Positions 52,600 to 64,000 of a stretch of 64,000 nucleotides of DNA are shown here, in pieces. Source of the stretch: Eledone cirrhosa (taxonomy: Eukaryota). The position numbers and the translations under genes are program-made. Numbering within the stretch: the first letter of the stretch is position 1; every line of letters starts with the position of its first letter. The DNA is taken from contig OZ024747.1 in the NCBI GenBank assembly GCA_964016885.1, positions 92,504,001-92,568,000 on the forward strand, given 5' to 3'. The notes under the pieces were generated by a model. The model saw only the letters and a program-made list of their open reading frames with translations, was not told the origin of the DNA and searched no databases.

Positions 52600-52687
52600 A
52601 TTTCTGTATTAAATATTGTATAGGCTCTACTTACTGTGGTTACCCCCGATTGAACCCGGGATACACATATCTATGTATGTATGTATG

Positions 52688-52920
52688 CTTCACGGCACAG
52701 GCATTGCTTTATATCTGGAGATCTCTCTGCACTTGTAGTCACATGGTACCATGGGCCCAGCACTATGTGTCAATAATTGTCACAAGTGTAGTGTTTGTAC
52801 CAGAGTTTTAAAGTCGCTGGCTGGACTAAAAAGTCACACTCGTTCAGCGCATCGGTAGGGGTTCTCCTACATGGATATAAAGTAGTGGCCATACTCGAAA
52901 ACGAGTTGGCAGCCACCATG
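52688..52920 (+). mobile_element. 3' end of an RTE-type LINE with terminal C2H2-like finger
   Basis: HKCSVCTRVLKSLAGLKSHTRSAHR* (stop 52856-52858); same tail as 51716. Confidence 0.7.
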
Positions 52921-53719
52921 TATGTATGTATGTATGTGGTGAATGTGTGAGTATTTTATAAGTATTTATGAATTTATATATCTATATATACTTCTATATA
53001 TAGCTTAACCTACCATTAATTGGAGATATTTTAAGGACGGAATGAAAGGATTTCTAAATTGTGTGAAAAATTGAAAAATTTCCTTATTTCTATATCTAAG
53101 GTTTGGATAATAGGATAAAATAATAATCACTGAATAAAAAAATATAACTAAACTATATTTTTGTGTGTTGTATATTTTAAGTTATTTCAAAACTATATTT
53201 ATTTCCTGCATTTATCAAAAGAACGAAAGTAATTTTGAAATAAATAGATGTAAATAAAATATGTTTCTATAATGATTCCATTACCAACATTTTCGCAACA
53301 GATATTAAATAACAGAATATAAATCAATGACAAAGAAGATATTTTACTCATAAACAGTAGCAATAATTCTTAATTGTTAATTCTAATTATTTCTAATGCT
53401 TCTTAGATATATAGGGAAATATCTAAGCTGTATAGTTATAAATAGAATTATTTATTATTTAATAACAAAATATGCTAAGAAAAGATAACATTTTTTATTG
53501 AAATAGTTTAGCATTTTTACATGTTTTTTTTGGACAATAATTTGTGAAATGATTGTTGAGTTAGGAATGTGCTGGAAATTCTGCTTTACAATTCTATATT
53601 TTACCTTATATTAACTAGTCAGTGATAAATCAGACCAACAGATCTGAGATGTCTGAATGTTTGCAACAGAAGAAACACTGCCAGGGATGGCATTGAAACT
53701 GGCTATGGGTGGAGTGTCT

Positions 53720-54260
53720 TCTTCTTCTTCTTCTTCTTGAAAGGGTCATGGGGACAGAGCCTTCAAACACTCCTTCCAATGGGTACTGTTGGCAGCAACT
53801 GTTTCCAATTGATCCAGCTGTATCCCCAAGCGAGACCAGCCAAGTTCATGGATGTTATCCAATTATTTTGTTCAGGGTCTGCCCCTGGGTCTCCTGCCAG
53901 TTGGTTTTGCCTGTAAAATCTGTCCAACAATTCTTTCTTGAGACATTCTAATCACATGTCCATAGTATCAGAGCTGTGTTCTCTCAATTTGGAGAAGTAG
54001 TGGCTCTACCTGGAGTGACTCTCTGATCTCCAAGCTACACACTTTATTGAGTAACATTACTCCAAAGACCCTATGGAGGAACCCCATTTCATCCAATTGT
54101 ATACGCGATTGTATTCTTTCGGTATTAAACCACTTAAAAACAGGAACAGACTTTCTGATGCGCTTCCACATAGTTTCCATCTACTTTAAAGCTTTTGGAC
54201 AAATTGAGGCTATGGTAGATGACAGTTGCCCAATGTACTGCACACTAGATCCAGCCTGGA
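53720..54260 (-). mobile_element. Degraded RTE-type LINE 3' fragment
   Basis: RIQLDEMGFLHRV..IRESLQVEPLLLQIERTQL.YYGHV; (AAG)n tail. Confidence 0.8.
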
Positions 54261-55994
54261 ATCACATAGATGTTAAGTAACTCATTAACCAGACAGTTAT
54301 GCTGAAAACCATTTCATTAATCCCTCTATATGGTATACTATGGTCTTGTACCTCCTGATGGAGTCATAGGGACCCCGTATTGACATACAACGTTTCTTGG
54401 GCATCTTAAGTCTAGCAGAGCCCATCCCTTTCCAGGCCTGAGTACAGCAGATTTCTTCCAGGGAAGGATAGAAAGTGACAGAGAGGAAGTAAGAAAGAAA
54501 TACAGAGGAAGAATCTACCCCAGTACTAGACTGGTACTTTGTTATCAGCCTCCAAAGGATGAAAGGCAAAGTTGACCTCGGTGGGATTTGAACTCAGAAA
54601 GCAGAGAGCCAGAACAAATACCACAAAGGATTCTATCCAACATTCTAACTCTGCCAATTTGCTGCCTAATCCCTCTATAACCAATCCATAGTATAGTGTT
54701 CATATCTAAATTAGAATCTCAATTAAAATCTTCTATTAAATGAGATTGCTGAAGGTAAATCTTTCATCATAACTATGTTGATGAACCTTTTGTTTGATGC
54801 ATACTAAATACCAAATTAATAAACTAATACACAAATAAAAGTTATTATTATTTTACTAAATCCATCCGAATTGTTGATTATTTTGATAATTAATTGAAAC
54901 ATAAGGTTTACTTTCAAGGGAAATAAGGTTATGAAAGGGTTAAATTTATGAAGGATTGCATTCATTTGTCAATCAATTTAAAATAACTGTCACTCAACCA
55001 TATGCAAGCTACAATGTAATGGAATGTGTTTGAGGGGAAAATTACATAATCTATATTACAATAACTGCACAACTTTTTTGTCTCTCTCTTTTGTAAAGTT
55101 TTCATAAAGCGAATTTCTAAATTAATTTGGATAATAAATGAGCAAAATATATTACATGTATTGATGGGGATATATGCATGGTATTATATTTTAATGCATA
55201 TTTAATAATTATTTAATTAGGCTTTAAAGATTAATTCTTTTAAAGTTGTAGTAAAATATTAATAGAATATCTTACCTAAAAATTAAAATTTATAATAATC
55301 TAGAATAAGCTAAATTAAATCATATAAATTTGTAATGAACTTAAATATTTGATTGCTATAGAAAGTAATCTATACTTAATAATTTGGATATAATATAAAA
55401 GTTTAATTAGCTAAAGTGTAATCCAATACAAGTGATATTCATTGATATATGTGAATAGATTTTTGATTTCTTATTTTATCTAGCATTTGAATACAACGGT
55501 TTTTTATTTTCCCCTCTATTTCATATTTTCCTTTTCCTTTTCTTCGTTTTTCTTTATTCCCCTTCGTTTTCTCTTTATTCTCCCCACATCTGCCCTTTCT
55601 TTTGTTTTTATTCCTTTTTTCCCTTATATCTTTTTTTTCTTCTTTCATTCATTTATTCATTTATTTATTTATTTATTCATTAATTAATTTATTTGTTTGT
55701 TTATTTCTTGCCTTTTCCTCTTCTTTGCACCCCCTTCTGTATTTCTACCTTGCTCTACGTCCTTTCCTTCTTTAAGTTTATCATATTATTTGTGGTATAA
55801 AAACGTTGAGATTTGGTGAAATAAATCACTGCCAATACCGGAATTGAATAATCAAAACCGTAGCGGTATATCACATATCAAATCTTATATTTTGTCTGAT
55901 GAAAACGTACTTAAACACCATTGTACCTTTGAAATATGTATAATAATTATATTTTGATTATGAGAATATTTTTCATTTATTAACATTTTCACTA

Positions 55995-56043
<49 letters not shown>

Positions 56044-56484
56044 TATATATACATATATATTAATATATATACATATATATATATATATATATTAATCAGG
56101 ATGGATTCAGTTTAAAACTGGTTAGACCATTACTCATCAGAGTACCCAATTTCTTGGGGTAGTAGAGTATAGTTATAAGAATGAGTCAGGACCCCTATGG
56201 CCGAGCTCTTGCCATTTTAACAGCTAGCTCCAGACAGCTATATACATGTGTGTGTATCTGTATGTGGTTGACGGCTGAGATAAAGGAGTACTTAATACCA
56301 AAGTAGAGCTTTGATATTCATTTTATTAAGATTCACTATTTATATAATGAATCTTGTTACTTTGGAGTTTTGCCTGTTTATCATCATCATCACCATTTCT
56401 AACATTCATTTTTTTTTACACTTGCATATATGTATATACATATATATATATGTATATATATATATAAACATATATATATATATA

Positions 56485-57387
56485 CGAGGTTTGTCAGAAA
56501 AGTTCCAGGACTGATGTCACAAAAGATTTATTTCAAACCCAAACTTCACACTAAGAGTTTTCTCCTTCAAAGTAATCCCCCTGGAGTATGCAACTGTAAT
56601 CTTAGCTCTCTGCAGCGATCAAACTTTTTTTTTCATAATTTTATATACATGTCCTCTGTTTCAGGTCGTCAAGCAATGAGCACAGAGCAACGAACAAACT
56701 TGAAGTTTCTGGTACGGTTGGGGAAAACTCCGTCAGAAGCACTGGGATTGCTGCAGCAAGTGTACGGAGATGAGACGATGTCACACTCACGTGTTTTTGA
56801 GTGGTGCAAGAGGTTTAAAGAAGGACGCGAGGACGTGGAAGATGACCCCAGGAGCGCAAGGCCCTCAACAACCAGGACTGAGGTCAATGTTGAGCGCGTC
56901 AGGCAGATGGTGCGTAGCGATCGTCGGCTGACTGATCGACTGATGGCAAATGAGCTGGGTATGAATCGGGACAGCGTCTGGAAGATTCTCACTGAAGATT
57001 TGGACATGCGGAAAGTCTGCGCGAAGATGGTGCAAAAACTGGTAAACCATGACCAGAAGGGTCGACGCATGCAAGTGTGCCAGGACATCTTCGAGCGTCT
57101 TGAAACCAAACCAGACTTGCTAGCGACAGTCATCACCGGTGCTCAAGGGAGTCATCAAGGGGACCCGTTTTGAAGACGTGGACGACATCAAAAAGGCCGT
57201 GACGACGGAACTGCGGAGGATCCCGGAAGAATCCTTCCAGGAGTGCATGCAAGCATGGCAGAAAAGGATGGAAAAGTGCATTAGACTCGAGGGGGATTAC
57301 TTTGAAGGAGAAAATTCTTAGTGTGAAGTTTGGGTTTGAAATAAATCTTTTGTGACATCAGTCCTGGAACCTTTCTGACACACCTCA
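56485..57387 (+). mobile_element. Internally deleted mariner transposon with about 100-bp TIRs, inserted in (TA)n
   Basis: TA|CGAGGTTTGTCAGAAAAGTTCCAGGACTGATGTCAC... mirrored at 57285-57387|TA. Confidence 0.97.
56676..57321 (+). pseudogene. Mariner transposase lacking the catalytic core
   Basis: N-terminal HTH region (EQRTNLKF..W.KRFKEGREDVEDDPRS.RPST) up to VITG, then an out-of-frame jump at about 57141 to LKG..KGTRF..GDYFEG*. Confidence 0.93.
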
Positions 57388-57414
57388 TATATATATATAT
57401 TTATATATATATAT

Positions 57415-57483
<69 letters not shown>

Positions 57484-57508
57484 GTATATATATATATATG
57501 TATATACA

Positions 57509-57673
57509 TGGGAAAGTAAGAAATCGGAGAATAGACCGTTAAAACATGTTTATTTAAAACAGCACCTACGTACGTTTCGCCCAGTTGAGAAGCCCAACTG
57601 GGCGAAACGTACGAAGGTGCTGTTTTAAATAAACATGTTTTAACGGTCTATTCTTCGATTTCTTACTTTCCCA
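57509..57673. repeat. Near-perfect palindrome (79-bp arms, 7-nt loop, 2 mismatches), fold-back element family P2 (element to about 57830)
   Basis: Arms 57509-57587 and 57595-57673; contains the hammerhead 3' half GCCCA-AC-TGGGC-GAAA-CGTACG-(T/A)A-GGTGC followed by AATAAA. Confidence 0.92.
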
Positions 57674-58472
57674 CGTGCTTACGCTCTGCTAACTCTCTAG
57701 CCCACTAAATATTAACACTTCGAATATTTAATACTGCCGGCACTAGTATCGAGCACCTTTGGCATACGTTACTTGGCAAATAACTATATGTATCACCTAT
57801 CCTCCCCTTTTTTTCTCTCTCTCGATACGTAAATACTGTATATATGTATATATATATTTATGTATATATATATTGATGTATATATATATACCCTATTTAT
57901 TGACTTATAATACACCTTCTTCCAAAAATTCAGGGCGTAAAGTCTACCTACATGTTATATATACATACCACATTTTGTAAAAGGGAAAAAATTATTTTGT
58001 TATTTTTGTAAAAGGAAAAGCTGTGATGAAACTATTTCATAATTCATTAAATAATTCATTAAAAACATTTTGATATTTCTTTCATTTGATTTCCTTTGAA
58101 TGAAACAGTTCTAGTCCTGTGGAAGCCATTTATATATTAAATTTGATGCTTACACTCTATTAATGTATTGAGTACCTTACTTACTGTGCTTAAACCCCAA
58201 GTGAACCTGGGACTCACACACACACATATATATATATATATATGCATGTGTGTATGTATATATACATATATATATAAATATGGATATATGTGTGTGTAGA
58301 TATGTATATATATATATATATATATACTGTATATATATATATATATGTGTGTGTGTGTATGTCTGTATGTTTATATACAGATATATATATCTATCTATAT
58401 ATATACATATATATATATATTTATATATATTTGTTTTGCGAGGTTTTTGATATGAAATCGTGTGTCAAAACA

Positions 58473-58836
58473 AATATTGTTATACTTGGGGAGGGTCATA
58501 TTGTTGTAATAATATTGCCAGAAATGATAACAGAACACACTCACTGTCAAAAATGGCGTAGACGTACAATACAACAGGAGGAACATAATAGTACCATTGA
58601 CGATGTTGTAGATGTGCAACGAAAGAACTTTGTTAGACTATATATATGTGTTTATATCTATATTATATCTGTATTTTTGACCGTTGGTCACTCAATGATA
58701 AACATTGAGGACCAAATGAATTAACTGGAGATATAAAAGATACAGAAGCGAAAACCAACCAAACAGTGAGTGTGTTGTGTTATTATTTCTGGCAATATTA
58801 TTACAACAATATGACCCTCCCCAAGTATAACAATAT
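58473..58836. repeat. Inverted repeat (about 75-bp arms, about 215-bp spacer) between TA tracts, family P3
   Basis: Arms 58473-58547 and 58763-58836 with about 2 mismatches; related copy at 49275-49355. Confidence 0.88.
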
Positions 58837-59044
58837 ATATATATATGCATATACGTTTGTGTGTGTCTATATATGTGTTTATGCTCTGTAACTTAGTGGC
58901 TGCTATAAATGTCAAATATCTAAATACACTTACGATGTTGCCCCAGCATGGCCACCATCCAATGACTGAAACCTTTAAAAGAATAAAAGAACAATTAAAT
59001 AAAAGAATATAACTATATTTATGTTTATATACATTGTGGTTATA

Positions 59045-59423
59045 TACTCTTGGGTCCCAAATAATAGAGGGTGTTGGAATAAGCATGGTGGGGGGATAAA
59101 TAGGGGGCTTTGGAATAAGTGGGTGTGGTTGAAGAAAATTTTACTAGGTTGTCTTTGTTGATTTTTTGAAAAACCAGAATTAGTCGTTTAGTTTGCATAT
59201 TGAGACCACCAAGCTATTCTATTTATTTTATGATATGTGAGATTTCTAGTAATGTATAAAATTAATTGTCACAGAAATGTTACCACTTTCGCTGAAGATA
59301 GATTAGCAAAAATTTAATAAGTGTGTGTGTGTGGGGGGGGGGGATAAGAGCGGTGTGTGTGGAAAAAATCTGAAAAATTAATAAGCGGGGGAGGAGGGGG
59401 CGATTATTTGAGATCTGAGAATA
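59045..59423. mobile_element. MITE with imperfect 21-bp TIRs and ATAAG-G-rich subterminal repeats
   Basis: TACTCTTGGGTCCCAAATAAT / ATTATTTGAGATCTGAGAATA. Confidence 0.6.
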
Positions 59424-59506
59424 CATACAATGAGTCAACTTACACTTGTTTATCATGGTGCCACTCTACACGTTAAACAGATTAGGTTTTCATTTAGAAG
59501 GGGACA

Positions 59507-60548
<1,042 letters not shown>

Positions 60549-60929
60549 TTGAAATCAAACAGAAAATATTTGATTTTTTTTCTACATATTCATCTCTGTA
60601 GATAAAAAATAGTCAATTTACAAAATAATTCAAATAGTTTGAGTTTTTGAGAAAATTGCAAAAATTGCAAACAAAATTCTTGACTAATTTCAAAATAAAA
60701 CAAAACTGCAAAATTAATTATTTCAATTTTTTACTTTAAAAAAATAAGCCTTTAGTTATACCTATATTTTCTTGAAAAGGAAAGAAAAATTTACTAATTT
60801 AGTATTTTAAATTGTAAAAGTAATATATAGATAACATACTTAGACAGAGATATCTCTTCTTGTTAATAGGTTTATAAAGAAAACAAAACGAAATCTGCTC
60901 AAATTCTATTTCTAAAGTCATGTATGTAA

Positions 60930-61000
60930 ATATGTAAGTGTATGTATGTGTGTGTGTATGAGAGAGAGAGAGTGTGTGTGTGTATGAGAGAGAGAGTGTT

Positions 61001-61064
<64 letters not shown>

Positions 61065-62610
61065 TGTGTCTGTGTGTGTGTGTGAGAGAGAGAGAGTGTG
61101 TGTGTGAGAGAGAGAGAGTGTTTGAGTGTGTGTGAGAGAGAGTGAGAGAGTGTGTGTGTGAGAGAGTGTGTGTGTGAGAGAGAGAGAGAGTGAGTGAGTG
61201 TGTGTGTGAAAGAGAGAGTATGTGTGTGCATGCATCTATATATATATATGTGTGTGTGTGAGAGAGAGAAAGAGTATGTGTATGCATGCATCTATATATA
61301 TAAGTGTGTATGTGAGAGAGAAAGAGTGTGTGTGTGTGAGAGAAAGAGAGAGAAAGTATGTGTGTGTGTGTGTGTGAGAGAGAGAGAGTACGTTTGTGAG
61401 AGAGAGAGAGGGGGAGTATGTGTGTACATGCATCTGTATGTGTGTGTGTGTATGAGAGAGAGAATAGTATGTGTGAGAGATAGTATGTGTGTGCATGCAT
61501 ATTTGTGTGTGAGTGTGTGCATGTGTGAGAGAATGTATGTGTTTGCATACGTCTATGTGTGTGAGATAGTATGTGCGTGCATGCATCTATGTGTGTGTGT
61601 ATGTGTGAGAGAGAATATGTGTCTACAAACATCTACGTGTGTGTGTATGTGTATGTGTGCATCTATGTGTGTCGATAAGTGAGAGATAGTATGTGTGTGC
61701 ATGCATCTATGTGTGTGTGTGAGGGAGAGAGTATGTGTGTGTATGTGTGAGAGAGTATGTGTGTACAAACATCTATATGTGTGTGTGCATGTGTGTATAT
61801 GCATCTATGTGTGTGTGTATGTGAGAGAGGGAGTATGCATATACATGCATCCATGTGTGTGTATGTGTGGCAGAGTATGTGTGTACAAACATTTTTGTGT
61901 GTGTGGATGTGTGTGTGCATGTGTGTGTGCACGTGTGTGTGAATGATGTGTGCATGCATATGTGCATGCGTGTGCGCATGTATGTGTGCATGTGTGTGTA
62001 TGCATGTATGTGTGTGCATGTGGGTGTGCATGTATGTGTGCATGTATGTGTGCATGTATGTGAATGTATATGTGAATGTATATGTGCATGTATGTGTGCA
62101 TGTATGTGTGCACGTGTGTGTGCATGTGTGTGCGCATGTGTGTGTGCATGTGGGTGTGCATGTGTGTGTGCGTGCATGTGTGCATGTGTGTGTGTGTGTG
62201 TATGTGCATCTATGTGTATACATGCATCTGTGTGTGTGTGTGTGTGTGTGTGTGTGCATCTATGTGTATACATGCAACTATGCGTGTGTATGTGTGATAA
62301 CATGCAATTATGTGTGTGTATGTGTGATAGAGAGAGTGTGTGTGTTCAAACATCTATGTGTGCATCTATGTGTGTGTGTGCATCTATATGTGTGTATGTG
62401 CATGCATGTGTGTGTGCATCTATATGTGTGTATGTGCATGCATGTGTGTGTGCATCTATGTGTATACATGCATCTATGTGTGTGTGTGTGTGCATCTAAG
62501 TGTTTGTATGTGCATGCATGTGTGTGTGCATCTATGTGTATACATGCATCTATGTGTGTGTGTGTGCATCTAAGTGTTTGTATGTGCATGCATGTGTGTG
62601 TGCATCTATG
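60930..62610. repeat. Compound (GA)n/(GT)n/GCAT satellite
   Basis: Seen directly. Confidence 0.95.
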
Positions 62611-62745
62611 TGCAATTACATGTGCAGTGAAGACAAAAGCAAATAACTTTATATACATAATTATCTCAGTTTATAAATACTGCTGTTATTTGTAAAATAC
62701 ATGGAATATTAAAAAATATGTATATATATATATATATAAATATAT

Positions 62746-62777
<32 letters not shown>

Positions 62778-62796
62778 ATGTATATATTTATATATG

Positions 62797-62847
<51 letters not shown>

Positions 62848-62873
62848 ATATATAAATATATATATATATATAC

Positions 62874-62954
<81 letters not shown>

Positions 62955-63012
62955 TATTTATATATGTATGTATATATATATATATATATATATATAAATA
63001 TATTTATATATG

Positions 63013-63051
<39 letters not shown>

Positions 63052-63074
63052 GTATATATACATATATAAATATT

Positions 63075-63105
<31 letters not shown>

Positions 63106-63146
63106 GTATATATACATATATAAATATTTATATATATATATATATT

Positions 63147-63190
<44 letters not shown>

Positions 63191-63256
63191 AATATATATA
63201 AATATATGTGCACACATATATATACTTATATATACATATATATATAAATATATATG

Positions 63257-63318
<62 letters not shown>

Positions 63319-63482
63319 GATATACATACATATATAGATATATATATACATATATATACATGCATATATATATGTATATATATATGTTACTAAACTTCTC
63401 TCAGATACTTACAAAATCTTGAACACATCATTATGATTAAAAATACTGCATAAATTTTTATAATATGTAGCAACACACACAC

Positions 63483-63566
<84 letters not shown>

Positions 63567-63760
63567 AAATATGAATAAATATATATAGAGAGATTTACAT
63601 ATATATATATATTTGTATATATAAATATGTATATATATATATATATACATACTTATATATATATACACATATTCATATATATAATCATATATATATATAT
63701 ATATATATATATACATTCATATATATATATATATATACTTATATATATATACATATATTC

Positions 63761-63825
<65 letters not shown>

Positions 63826-64000
63826 TATTTATTTCTATATTACTATTATATTTACAACATACATCTGAATGAATGTTAAATTTTTATTCATAATTTTTAT
63901 GTTGTTCTCCTAATTGATACATACTAGAAGATGGAACGAGCATATATTTTCTCTTCATACACTACTATTATAGTATTTTTCTTGCTAAACAAAATATTAC

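Overview
AT-rich eukaryotic (animal) genomic DNA dominated by (TA)n/(CA)n/(ATC)n microsatellites and transposon debris. The SINE and LINE repertoire points to an octopod cephalopod (inference). No complete host gene, rRNA, true tRNA or CRISPR array is visible, and almost all listed ORFs are microsatellite artefacts. Recognisable elements include a young 5'-truncated CR1-clade LINE nested in an RTE LINE, several RTE subfamilies (one carrying a PHD-like finger), and 3' ends of Tx1-like, R4/Dong-like and CRE-like retroelements. There are two abundant tRNA-derived SINE families, one CORE-like and sharing its tail with an RTE. DNA elements include an internally deleted mariner, a non-autonomous Helitron, piggyBac-type and hAT-type MITEs (one holding a 10x55-bp minisatellite) and a hAT transposase remnant. 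A few candidate spliced exons occur on both strands, one LRR-like. The most striking unannotated signal is at least six sequence-unrelated short non-coding families, mostly embedded in (TA)n tracts, that carry type I hammerhead-ribozyme-like cores or half-cores. These resemble Penelope-like pLTRs or retrozymes. In two of the families the copy folds back into a long palindrome at the predicted ribozyme stem II.
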